The translations under genes were made by a program, and so were the position numbers. A stretch of 63,857 nt of DNA, filler included, from Aduncisulcus paluster (lineage: Eukaryota), in assembly GCA_024181965.1 (NCBI GenBank). It is 6 parts of 6 records of this genome, joined end to end, with 100 filler letters (N's around TTAATTAATTAA, not from the genome) between each part and the next. Parts side by side here need not be neighbours in the genome. Positions count along the whole stretch, not along the records: positions 15,932 to 44,115 come from BQXS01010040.1; 5 more parts are not named here. One strand, 5' to 3'. The notes under the pieces were generated by a model that saw only the letters and a program-made list of their open reading frames with translations, made no database searches and was not told the origin of the DNA. Numbering within the stretch: the stretch's first letter is position 1; the number at the start of each line of letters is the position of its first letter. Positions 22,018 through 34,600 of this stretch are shown piece after piece.

Positions 22018-25000
22018 ATGAAATCATTCATACATTGCCTCAATAAAAAATTAAAATTAATCCCACTCTTTCGACCCGCTGGAGAATATCAGAAAATGAT
22101 CATAAATGATATTCTCCCTCCAAGGAATGTAGAGCAATTATTACGTTGCAATTTGTTTGGAGGTAAAGAATATGTCCTTATGGTGAGAGGGAACTGCTTG
22201 GACATTCATAAGGTTCTTTCTGATGAAGAAGCTTCTTCTAAGGCAACTCCATTAAATCTTGCTCCACATTTGACTTGCATTAAAACAGAGAAATATCCTT
22301 CAAAGATCCTAGGAATAATTCAAACAACAATCAATGCAACATCCGAAGAATTTTCGCTACAATCGAAAGGTAAATCTGATCAAAAATCATGTGGTGATAT
22401 AGTTCATATTTTATTTCAGTCATATCTCATTTCTACTTATGTTTGGGATGAAAGTACCTTTTCTTTACGTTGTATTTCTTCCACCGATATTACACTACCT
22501 GAGGATACTCTTACAGGTGATGCATCACTTAGATTCAAACTTGTGGCTGATCCTGAAGGTCGCTGTGTCTGTGCCATGGCCAGTTCAAATACTCCATTCA
22601 TTACTGTTGTTCCTTGTCCATCATCGGCCCAAATTTACGCGGTTCTTAATGGAACACAATCCTCATTAATGGTTTCAACCCCAGCTCTTCCCTTTCGTCT
22701 CCCTGCTAGTAGCTTCCCCTTTCTTCTCGATATTGCTTTTCTCCACGGAAAAGCTGAGCCAACTTTATGTGTATTATACAATAAGATAACCAAACTTAAC
22801 AAAAAAGAAATGAAATATGACGTGCTGTCACACAATTTACAGACGATAGTCACGGATGAACCCCAGCTGGAAGGAAGTATCGTATTTCTCGCCCTTTCGC
22901 TTCAACAAAGCACATTTTCCTTTGCACATTCCCACCACAAACTTCCAAGATACCTCACAACTCTTGTTCCTACTCCCCAAGGTGATGTTATGGCTCTAGG
23001 GAACAACTGTGCCGCTGTGGTTGGTGAGAAGACTCAATCCATCCACGCTCTCCACCCTTCTTGTCTTATCAGAAGCCCCGTAAGTCCCGTGTTTTTCCAC
23101 TTTAACGAGGATGATTTTGCCATGTACGATGCTGCTCGACGCCATGCTGTTGATATGAGGCATTATGAGCGAGAAAAAGACCTCATGGCAAACCAACAGG
23201 CCAAGTCTGACATGGGTTTCAGGGGTGGATCATACAGGGCTCAAATGTTCGCTCCCCCACCTAGTATTGATAAAGACAGTGTCGCCAAGATCCATCGTGA
23301 TGTGATCTCTCGTCTCAAGAGCAGTTTTATCGTTACATTTACTGAACGACGCAGTGTTCTTCTTGGTACTATCATTGGTTTTGGGTGGATCTCTGAGAGT
23401 GTGTGTTTGTGCACCAATTCCCAAGGTGTGATGTATTTCATATCTATCCACCAACAAGGTACATGCATGGTGCCTCACATCTCTGTCCTTAAACCAAGTG
23501 ATGCTCTGAGTGTGTCCCATGTCGATGGATCTCGCCAACATATCCCTCCAACCTCTATCTCTCCTCTCCTCTCTTTCTTCCTTGCCTTCACTCACACGTC
23601 TGTCAGCACCCACCCTATCTCACAAAGAGAGATCTGGATGTCCATTTATGGGGGCGAATGGGGAATTGAAGCTTGGGAACGAGAGAAGAATAGAAGAATT
23701 AAATTGGTCGAAGGAGGAAGTGAAGGGGTGTCTTTCGCTTCTTCTAGTTCATTACCACTGGCATCAGGGCAGAAAGACGAAGAAGAAGAGACAAAAACAC
23801 TCGGTGGTGAGCCTGAGTCAAGTGTAGTGACAACGACTCTGGACTCAGCATCAAGACAGATATCTCCTATTCCGCCATTGCTGGGTATGTTGCCTTCAAT
23901 ACAGAGTGTGAGCGTTATCTCTGGTAATAGAGTTGTTCTAACTTCAAGACAATGTGGTGTGTTTGTTCTAAAAATAGACGGTGAGAAAAAACAAAACAAG
24001 AAAAAGAAACCATCCTCACAGAGAACAAAGAAAGCTTCTAGCCACTCTTCTTCCTTTTCTCTGACCATTTTGAAGAAGAAACGTAGACATTTTGTTTCTG
24101 ACCCCTTTGATCAATTCCTTGCTTCTTCCCTTGACGTTCGGGAGACTCGTACTTCCTCAAAGCTCCAGATTCCATCCTCCTCTCTTCTCTCCGTGAAATG
24201 GACCATTCAATGCCCTCATTACCAGTTAACTTACACTCCAGCCCAACTGATACGACAGTATGGCCCTGGTGTCACTGTTGCCGAGGCCATTCCTCTCTCT
24301 GTTTGTATTGTGAATCCAACCAATAGGTTCCTTGCCCATCATAGTCGTGAATATCGTTCTAAGCCGTATTATAAGCATTTTGGTTCCTCATCTCACAAGG
24401 CTCTATGTGTGGGTGGATTTGGTGGGGGATATGCAGGTGGCAGTACCCTGTCCTTCTTTATACCTGGAGTCCTTATGAAACTCGGACATTACGCACCTCT
24501 ACGGTCTTTCATTGATCATAACTATCGGTGTGTGTGCATTCAACAAGTTAATCCATCGTTGGCTTTGTGTGTGCTTCAGTGGAGTCTTTGTTCCGATACA
24601 GATCCTCGTTTTATTTCATTTATATGCTCTTCTTCCTCTCCTTCTTCCATCACAATCATCCCCAATACGTTGTGTGATTGTAATGTGCTTGCATGTGAAG
24701 TAATAACCACTTCCATGTGTTTAGTAGTGACCCCAGAAGGAGTTGAGATGAGATCTGTGCCGTCATGGGACGTTTTATCCACTTGGAAAGCTCCACTTAA
24801 TGGTGAGACAATTACTAAGGCCAGTATTATGGGAGACATTGTTACCTGCGTCTGTTCTGATGGTCGTATTCTTTGTGTACAAGTTACCATTGATGAGAGA
24901 GAGAGTGAAGTCACACAGACAAACTCTCTGACGCGTTTGAAGGGAAGAAGAAGAGGAACAGAAAGAAGAAGAGGAACAGAAAGAAGAAGAGGAACAGAAA

Positions 25001-28000
25001 GAGAAAGGAGAAGGAGACAAACTCCACACCTCTGAAACCAAGAAAGAGCATGAACCATGTTTATCTATTACTTACTCTTCCTTCTCTTTTTTCCATCCTA
25101 AAGGTAATTTCACTTGTGTTTCACAGGTTTCCTCTTCTCTTTATTCTTCAGAAGAATCTTCTTCCTCTTCCTCTTCTTCTTCTTCCTCCTCTTCCTCCTC
25201 TTCTTCTTCTTTCTGCTCCATCAGGCCTCCTCCTTCTTCAATCATTCTCCTTGCTGGATGGACACTGACCAACGAGTTCTCTCATTGTGATACATCTTCT
25301 CAGGACTTTCTCAAAGATGATAGTTCTAAAAATAGAACGTTTGAGAAAGATCAAGATCAAGCGTCAAAAAAGTACACCGATTCATCGGATATTCCTTCCA
25401 CACAATCTATAAATAGCACTTCCATTGAGAGAGTTGAAAGAGATACTCATTCTCAGAGTTGTGGATATTTTGGTGTTTGGACAATCATTCGTGGTAAATT
25501 AGCTTTTGAGGAACCAATTAATCCATTTGAAAAGAGTCAAAGAAAGTCAAAGGAAGAAGAGACCCCCCCAAAAGAAGAAGAAACTAGAACATCTGAAGTT
25601 TCAAGAAGAAGAAGAAGAGCAACTTGAAAAGAAACGGTCCTCCCTTATATCCGAGAATATGAATATGAATAATAATATCTCTTCAACTCAATATGTATTT
25701 CACTGTGAATCTGAGAACACTTTCACGTGGAGTTTGACGTTCTCTTCCACAGGCGGGAATCTTATCGATATTTCTGCAATCAGTGAAGATCGGTTTGGAA
25801 TTGATTCCTTGAGTGTGGAGTCTTCCTCAATTTCTCAAAGGATTAAAACATTTGCCACTCTCGATGTTCATCCCAATTTCCATGAAATTCCGGCATTCTT
25901 ATACCTTCTTCCTCTCCCACATTCATATGCAGTTTTCTTACGTACTTACAGCGTGGAAACATACGTGTATGTGTGGAGTTCTGACTCTGGAGCCTCTCCC
26001 GTGCTTCGTCGTGTTCAAGCTCCCTCTTGCCCTCCCCATCATTCCCCAATACACTCTTTCCACTCTCCCTTCTCTCCCTTCTCCATTGGTTCCCTTAACT
26101 CTCTCTGTGTGTGTGCTCCTCCTCTTCCTGTCGTTTCCTCATCAAGGGCTACTGCTACTGCTACTGCTGCTGCTACTGCTACTGCTACTGCTACTGGTGA
26201 TATAAGTTCTCCAGCATCTGATAAGAAAGATGATACCTGTACTTCTCTCTCTCCAAGTTCACTCCCATTCCTTTCTCCTGGAATGTCCTTCCTTGCTACA
26301 GCTTGTATTTCTTCCCAAGTGCCAACTATAACGCCATTCATGTCTCCACACATCTCCTCTTTCTCTGCTCTTGGATCCGAGTCCTCTTCACTCACCCTCA
26401 TAAGTGATGGCTCTGGCATTGGATGTGGAACATTAGCTGACCTTGGAATCCATGCCCAGCCTGAGAGTTTATGTGTTCCCATCGTAGAAGAGGATATAGC
26501 AAAAGGTCTTACATCAGAGCGAGCTACCTTTGCACTGAACACAAACAATACACTCGAAAAGGACTCTTTCAACGCTACTACCAGTCTCTCTCTGAATGAG
26601 GACGCTATCAGGTCTGAGGGAATCCTTTCATGCACAAATGGTCTTGTGTGTGTTCGTGAACGTGAACTACTGCCATCCACAACACCAACAAAGATTACAT
26701 TCCACAATTCAACATCTTCACTCCTTGTTACAGTGACATACAGTACAACCGACGCTGAAATCATTATAGAGAAGGAAAGAGCAGAGGAGAGAAGACGACA
26801 AACTCAGAATATTGTGAGTATCGTTGCTCAAGCTTCTAATTTCGATCTTAAATCAAAGGACGCTGCGACGACTGATGCTGCTGGAAAAAAAGAAAAAGAG
26901 GTCGCCGTTGCTGGCGTTGAACAAGGAGAGGATGAGGAAATCATTGGAGATATTAACTTAGCAGAGGAATTTATGAACATGGAACGCGGTGGAGATAAAA
27001 TCCCTGAAGAAATTGGGCTTCCAGGTCTTGAACAGGATGAAGATTTCACCCTTGAGGCATTTGGATTTAAAAGAACAAGAACAAAAAAAACCAAAGGACT
27101 ATCTTTATCTTCCACTTCCCTTGATGTTGATACCTCAGTGCTTTCCCAAGAAGAAAATGATGCAGAAACAGATGTCAAAGATCTTTCAGCATCTGCCCAA
27201 GGCCCCAGTCCCGATAAACCTCAAGAAGTTAAAGATGTTATGTTAAGAGAATCGTTTGATCCTTTGATTGATTCTGTCAATACAGAGACAGGTGGACATT
27301 TCAGACCTTTAGGTGAGAGTTTATCCATGGATGACCCTCGATGTTCATTCCGATTTGAACCTCTCCCTCTCCCCGAGCAAAATCTCCTTCTTCTTGTTGC
27401 TCCGTATACACTGAACGTTGCTGATATTTTCTATTTCAAGGCAGACGTGTGTGAAACTGTCCTTGATTGTCGGTCTGTGAACCTTGTGTCACAGTATCCG
27501 AGTTATTATGGATCACTGTGGAGTTGTCAAGAAGAAGGGTTGCATAAGAACCGAGTAGGGACGAAAGGCGAGGAAGCTAGACGTCAGTTCCATAGAATAG
27601 CATCTAAGAATAGATACGAGCGTCTTACCAAACAGCTGATCTGTTGTGGTACGTCATTTTTGGAAGGAGAGTTTGTTGAAGAGACCAGTAATGGACGGAT
27701 TTGTCTGTTTGATATCGAGGTTGTGACTGCAAGCGAGCGAGTGCGTGACATTGGAGCTGTGAGACAACATATGGCCAGTCAGAGGACTGTTCAGCCCGAA
27801 GTTGAGGAGATGTTGAGACAGTTGGATGAAGAGCAAAGAGATCTCAAGGAGAGGTTTGCCCTTCGCAGAGATACTCCCTTGTATATGAAAATTGTGCCCC
27901 TTGTATTGAAAGAAGTATTTGCCCCTGTTACGTGTGTGGGAAGCCTTGTCGATATTGGTGCTCTTGCATGTGGGGTCGGAAGTAATATTTATTTGTATAG

Positions 28001-28925
28001 ACTTTTGGAGGCCCAACAAATCATTATCACGTCATTCTACTATTCTGGCCTATGTGTACAGAGCATGCGTATCATGCAGAATATATTGCTAGTCACTGAT
28101 ACTGTTGCTGGTGTGAAACTCTTGTATTTCCATCGTGATGGATGGAGATTGAGTGAGTTGAGTTCTTCTTCACACGATATGCTCTGTAGAGATGCTAGTT
28201 TTGCTCTGAGTTCAGAAGCATCCAGTCAGTTCATTGGTGTGGATGTCCATGGGTGCATTTTTGTGTATGAATATGACATGACACGAGGAAGCACAGCAAG
28301 ACGTGAGGTATTGCGTGTGCGTGAGGACATTAAGATGGATAGTACCCCTGTTCATGTGTCTCAGGTGATGGAACGAGCTTCTGTCGGTTCGAAACGGCAA
28401 TGGACCGTCGGTTCTTCTAGTTCTACCGGTTCTGGCCGTGGCCGTGTCATGGGATTGAAGGGAAGTCTGATGGGCATTGACCCATCGGGAGGAATATATA
28501 AGAGTTCCAGGGAAAAGGCTAGAAGGACTGGGAAACTGACCTCAACCCTGACTCTTGATAAACCCGAGACTCAGGTCAGACCAATGAATCCGATCAGTAC
28601 ATTGATCGGCACGGTGGAAGGAGGAGTTAAACTCATCCAGAACTTCAATAACAGTGGTCTAGAGGCTCTTATTCGAATTATGAGCCGTATGTTGTGTGTT
28701 AGAGGCTCATTCAACGGTTCAAATCCTGAGAGAGAGAGGAAAATATCATTCATGAAACACACCATCCAAAGGGCTGTCGGGGGTGGTAATGTTGCCAATG
28801 ATCTTGAAAATATCACATTATTGTCTCCAGAACTTCAAACAGCGTTTGCAAAGGAAGTTGGATTCTCTAGAGAAGCTCTGCTAACATGTGTAAGAAGAAT
28901 AATACACGAAATCAATGTTATTTGA
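22018..28925 (+). CDS. CPSF1: Cleavage and polyadenylation specificity factor subunit 1 (CPSF160/Cft1), one gene with two frameshifts (~24945 and ~25605)
   Basis: N-terminal 'LVADPEGRC' and 'LLDIAFLHGKAEPTLCVLY' (cf. DLQFLHGYYEPTL); C-terminal 'CCGTSFLEGE...GRICLFDI', 'KEVFAPVTCV' and 'NILLVTD'. The intermediate frame is open 24944-25627 and bridges ORFs 22018-25035 and 25506-28925. The start codon is uncertain. Confidence 0.85.
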
Positions 28926-29198
28926 TAGAAATAATCAATATTCCAAATTTATATGATAGTTTAAAATTAAATCATTAAATAAAAATATATGTTTTGCAAT
29001 ACATATCACCTTGGGCGTCTGATTTTTGGGCAAGTCCCACAATTGAATCAAGCTTCGTACATTTTTGCACGGTACCAAACCTCAAAGTAATATCAATTTC
29101 AAAAAGAAACACAATGTTTTGCATTCAATTGGATAAATTCACAATGCACCCTATCTTCCACTCAATTTGATAACAAACGCTCCTTTGGCCACAGGAAA

Positions 29199-30527
29199 AT
29201 GTCTCAAGAAGCATCACAATTCAAAAATGCTTCAATCATATCAGCAATAGCAAATTTAGGAAATACTACTCTTGGAAGTGGTGTTTTGGCTCTTCCATAT
29301 GCATTTTTTCAGACTGGTTGGTTATTGGGCATATTTATTGTTCTATTGATTACATACCTATCATCATATGGTTATATATTTATTTATCAAGCTGCTCAGC
29401 ACTTTTCCTGCTCGACTTTCTCTGATATTGGTCTTTTCCTAAACCAAGAGTATATAAAGCAAAAATCTACAAAAAATCAGCTTAAAACTCCTTTACTTGA
29501 AAATGAAGATTCAAAAGATGAGAATAACTCCCCCAAAGAAGCAGATTCTTCTCCTCCATGGCCAGCTAATGTGTGTGAATTTTTTGCAGCATTATCTACT
29601 ATTGGTGCGTGTATTGCATATCCAATTCTTATAACTAATTACTTACCGCAGGTTATATCTGGCTTTGCAGGTCGTGATTTGTCAAATGAATGGTATTGTT
29701 CAAGGCTTGTTATCGCCCCCATCTTTGGTGTTCTTGTTCTTCTTCCTCTTTCAATGACCATGACAGTTGATTTCCTAAAGTTTACTTCGTCCCTTTCCCT
29801 CATTTGTGTTGCATATTGCGCCATTCTTATTTTCCAGTATTTCATAAGGTGTTGTACTGGAGAGTTTGCTTTTGGGCCAGGAAGTTTTGATGCGTTCAAC
29901 TGGGAATTTAGTGCCATCTTCCAAGCGATTCCCACGATTACTTTTAGTTTTGTAGCCCATTATAATCTTCTCAACATCACCCGTGAGTTGAAAGACGATT
30001 CCATGAAGAATGTCGTCAAAGGTATCATCTGGACGGAAGGAATTGTGAGTTTTGTATACATGTTCACTGCAATGTTTGGATATGGGACATGGCGTGATGA
30101 TACAGGGAGTAATGTCATTATGTTGTACCCTTACGACGATATCCTGGCAATAATAGCCCGAATCTGTCTTTCCATTCATGGAGCTTTAACATACCCTCTC
30201 GCACAGTTCTCGTTACGTTTGAATATATGTAAGTTTGTCTATCAGAAACGACCTGATAATCCAGCCATTGAAAGATGGATATCTGTCGGTATTTTGATTC
30301 TAACTATAGGAATTGTGATGATAACAGATGACCTTGGGACTGTTTTGAGTATCGTTGGAAGTATATCGGGAGCACCGATAGCATTTATCATCCCTGGATT
30401 ATTCCGTGTGTTTTATGCAAAGCTTGTGCTCAAGAAATCGACAGCCGGAGGTTGGATTTTGTTTGGATTTGGATGTTTGTTTTGTGTTGTTGGTTTTACT
30501 TGTTCAATCATTCAATCATGTGAGTAA
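29199..30527 (+). CDS. Amino acid transporter, AAAP / SLC38 (Aa_trans) family
   Basis: 'NLGNTTLGSGVLALPYAF', 'IPTITFSFVAHYN', 'MFGYGTW' and 'FIIPGLF'; about 11 TM segments. Confidence 0.9.
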   Translation: MSQEASQFKNASIISAIANLGNTTLGSGVLALPYAFFQTGWLLGIFIVLLITYLSSYGYIFIYQAAQHFSCSTFSDIGLFLNQEYIKQKSTKNQLKTPLLENEDSKDENNSPKEADSSPPWPANVCEFFAALSTIGACIAYPILITNYLPQVISGFAGRDLSNEWYCSRLVIAPIFGVLVLLPLSMTMTVDFLKFTSSLSLICVAYCAILIFQYFIRCCTGEFAFGPGSFDAFNWEFSAIFQAIPTITFSFVAHYNLLNITRELKDDSMKNVVKGIIWTEGIVSFVYMFTAMFGYGTWRDDTGSNVIMLYPYDDILAIIARICLSIHGALTYPLAQFSLRLNICKFVYQKRPDNPAIERWISVGILILTIGIVMITDDLGTVLSIVGSISGAPIAFIIPGLFRVFYAKLVLKKSTAGGWILFGFGCLFCVVGFTCSIIQSCE

Positions 30528-30736
30528 CATTACCATTTTAAACCCATATACAGCTCTTTGAAAGTAATAGTATAGTATTATACTGTACGAGCAGACAGAC
30601 GAAATAGTTATTTGTATTTATTTTGTCGATTCATTTCCTAAGTCTCAAAAATGATTGTTATATAATATAACTAATATTAGTTCAATCCATTTAAACAGTA
30701 ATTTCAATAATATTAAACAATATTATTTGTCCACAA

Positions 30737-31246
30737 TCATTTTCCTTTAACAAGATCCAACAGTATCTTATTTCTTTGAGCAGCGGACAAATCATTTCCA
30801 GATACAGTGGAAGGAAGATATTTCATGCCGGAAAACGAACACATTGATTGTAAGAATGCAAAATATTCGTCACAAGTAAAAGGAGAAGATCCTCCTTTGG
30901 CATAATATGAGGCTGGAACTCCAACAGAAACAAGAATTTGGAAATCCTTTCCACGAATAGCAGGAATTCCCATTCCAAATACATCTTCCATCCATTTATG
31001 AATTAATGGGGGGAAAGTAAACCAATAAAAGGGAAAAATGAATAGAACCTTGTCATGTTCACTAATAAGCTTTCTTTCAGCCTTAATATCGAATTGGAAA
31101 GGCTTGGTCTGAGCCTTGGAAACTTCGTGAATTGTAACGTTTGAAAGCCCTTCCTTTTCTAAGAGTTCCAGCCATCCTTTGTTGACTGAGGAAGCACTTC
31201 TTAATTTGGGATGTCCAAAGACAGCAAGAATCTTTTGACTTGGCAT
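30737..31246 (-). CDS. Flavodoxin-like-2 NAD(P)H:quinone oxidoreductase (KefF/KefG/YwrO-like)
   Basis: 'KILAVFGHP...S.VNK', 'DIKAERKLISEHDKVLFIFPFYWFTFPPLIHKWMEDVF', 'RGKDFQILVSVG' and 'FSGMKYLP'; ATG at 31246. Confidence 0.9.
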   Translation of the reverse strand: MPSQKILAVFGHPKLRSASSVNKGWLELLEKEGLSNVTIHEVSKAQTKPFQFDIKAERKLISEHDKVLFIFPFYWFTFPPLIHKWMEDVFGMGIPAIRGKDFQILVSVGVPASYYAKGGSSPFTCDEYFAFLQSMCSFSGMKYLPSTVSGNDLSAAQRNKILLDLVKGK

Positions 31247-31631
31247 TATAATAAATTTGTCTACCAAAAATGGAAACAACAAAGGGAGAAGATAATCCAG
31301 AGAAAATAATCAAGGAAGATGATTTCGGAAAAGATTATTCCAAATCAGCTTGAAAAATCAAATAAATAAACATTATCCTGCAAAATTAACATCTTGAAAT
31401 AGACATAGCATTGGTATATGATGGGCAACTGCCATTAATTTGCTAACATTTTTCGAAGACCTTTATGAACATCGTATTATTTAAATTTATTTTTGTATTG
31501 AATTGATCAATAATAATTTTAGTTTTAATTTAGTATTAGTTTAACCATTCCCATGGCAACGAATCCATTCCTGTAGCTACTCAGAAAACGATTTATTAGG
31601 TGAACTAACACCATAATGAATTGAAATAGAA

Positions 31632-34600
31632 CTATTTGGTATATTTCCTGAGAGAATTATTTACAATTGTCATACGACAGTTCGAGCGAATACTCAAATC
31701 AAATTCATTTGTTTTCCCCTCTTTGTCTGCTAATACGGCAATAGTAACATCTGATATTTCATCGGGCAGGGCAATGTCCATCACAGCGGATGCACCTCCG
31801 TACAATACTCCAGATTTAAGCAGATGAGAGCTTTGGGAGAGAGGAGAACTACCTTCATACACATTAATACAATAGAATTGACCTCTCGTTTCATCAGGAT
31901 GCAAGGCAATACTCACAACCTGCGGAGAAGATATTTTGAAAGGGTTTTTAGTCTTAACTTTCTTAGATGGGTAAAACTTTACAGCAACGGAAGGAATAAT
32001 CGATGGATTCAACCGAATTGATTTGAGTGATAGACTTGAATTCCAGCTCCCTCGTAATTTCCAAGCAGCACTCGCAAACGGCTTGAAACACACATCAATG
32101 TTGTCAGAATAATCAGTAAGAATCATGCCAAAGTATGGTTGGAAAGATCCACTCACAGTTGGAGTGGAATGGAGATGTGGCATAACTCCAGCACAAAGCT
32201 GAGGTTTGATCGTTGTCATGGTAACATTTGTGGAACCAGAAACAAACTTAATAAAATTGTCAGATTCCTGGGTGTACTCAGATTTCTCTTCGCAGTCTGG
32301 GACAGAGTGGAGATGAAGAGGCAAAGACTCGAGATCTGGGGTTTTTGAGAGGAATTTGGGCGATAAGGCAGGGATTGGCATGCAGCTTGTCCCAACATAT
32401 GTCTGGGAGGAGTATAATAGTGTAGATACCTCGGCAGTCCGAGTCAAATCACGGTTAATGATGGCCACAGGGACCGATCTAGACAGAGAAGTTTGATCTG
32501 AACTATCTTTTCCCCATCTACCAGAGAAAATATATCCCTTTCCTACCAATCCTTGGAATAAAGAGCGAATAACGATGGATTTGTCGGCCAAGAAATGTCC
32601 AGAGAAGAAGATAGAACAATAAGGTGCCATGGCTTCAAGAGATATGCAATAAATACCGGGATCAAGTTCAGCATAGACAGACACTTCTTTCCCTGTAAGA
32701 TACTTCTCTCCACTCGTGAGGAGTTCCACTGGTTCAACGATTAAGGGAGATTTGTGTGTTCCATGAAGAGCGATTTTCATAGCTTCGTTAAGACCTCTTG
32801 GAGCTCGAGAAAGCTTAAATCCTCTTATTCTCAAAGCAGAGTGTTCACATTTCGTAGACTTCAATTTGGACAAAATGGAACTTTGCATAGCCTTCTCAAT
32901 ACAATTGTCAACAACGCACATCTTTTCTATCATTGCTGTCGATTTGAGTGAATCATCAGAGGAAGAGATAGACTGGCAACAATCATCGCATGTAGCAGAT
33001 ATCGTTTCTTCTCCGGAATCGTGAGCAGCATGGTCTTGTCTATGCCTCATATCCATCCACTTTCGAATCTCGGGACTTCCTCTCTCGTTCTTTAACACGA
33101 CACTGACCTCTTTCTTTGATGTACCATTTACATGCAAAATAAAGGTGTGAGGGAGAGAATTGGACAGGGTTACATTGTTTGAAGTATTGGAATTCATATA
33201 TCCGGTTCCAAGCTCCATCCACCGACCATGGATCCACTGGTGTTTCCATCGAGAATGTGTTGGAACAATGAGAACATTCAGGGATTCAAAATAGTCCAAT
33301 ATTTGTGAGTATCGAATCCAAAATATACCGTTGTTATCAGATGGAGTGTATTTGTATTCAATTTGTCTCGTAGAATCCCAGAAAGCAGTGTCCTGAGGTC
33401 CATATGAACCAGTGAACTCAGTGTGACCATGTGGATTCCGAATACAAGCCATTATCTGCTTTGAACGAGAGTCTGTATGGACAGATATCAACCTGAACGC
33501 ATGGTTATGAGATAATTCATGGGTAGTTCTGTATTTGTTGGTTCCAAGAATGGCAATGATGTCTCCGCTACTCCTTGTCAACAGAGAGAGCGCTTGTTTC
33601 ATAGTATATTTAAGTTCAGTATCGTTGTGGAATACTTTAGAAGCACGCAATAATTGTTCAACACCCATCAGAGAAGATATCATCGAGATAAACTCCTTTG
33701 TATCATTCTCCAGGGCATTGAAACTTCCATACATCCGGGCAAACGATTTCTCAATGATCGGTAAGAGTGAGAAATATACGTCCTTTGGCTGCTCACTACT
33801 GTCAGAGCTTCCAGAAATATGTCCAGACAGTGGACTATGAAGGCTTGATCGAATAACAATAGGTCCCTTTCCATCGTGGGAAACAATCTTGGATGCATCT
33901 ACTTTCTTTGGCTTGCAGAATAATCCCACATCTCTGCCTCTCAAAGGAACACTATCATCCACTCTCACAAGTTTCTCATCTCCTTCCAAAACATACCTCA
34001 ACGTGTACATTCCTTCTTTCTCATTTATATATTTTAAGAACGGAGTAACACCACGAGCATTGATGATAGCTGTCACAGTGGATAGAAGTTGGCAGTCGGG
34101 AAGCTCACCTTGGGCGTGTGAGGAACAGAGAATATCTAATTGATTTCTAAAAATAGAATGCATTGGGTGAGAAACATCACATCTCACATCGACTCCCAAT
34201 TCCTCATTGTAATAGTCCATATTAAGCAAGAAAGGAGGAGCAAGCATTGTGTTTGGATGGACGTGATGGAGACATTTCCAACGAACCATCGAACCATGCC
34301 TTTTGACTGCCTTCATTTCCTCGTGATTCTTCCCAGCAATCAACAATGTCTGTCTTCCACCCCATTTCCACAGTTCTGGGTTAGATTTGAACAAGGAGGA
34401 CTCTGACTGTTTCTGTGAGGAAGAAGAAGAACTTTTGCCTGTTGAAGGAGCTGGTTTTGTTACACAAGTGGAGTGGGATTCCAAAATGTCAAAAGAGGTC
34501 ACATCAACAGGAATTAGAGAGCAATTATCATCATTTTTCAATAAAGAACGAATATTCTTGCCTTCAAGCACATCCAGAGAGGGGTTCACATCAAGAATAG

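Noticed and set aside
24905..24947. Tiny intron explaining the first CPSF1 frameshift
   Set aside because: There is no GTATGT-like donor or pyrimidine-rich acceptor, and the GT-AG pair next to the CTGAC (24910-24942) is 33 nt and would not change frame.
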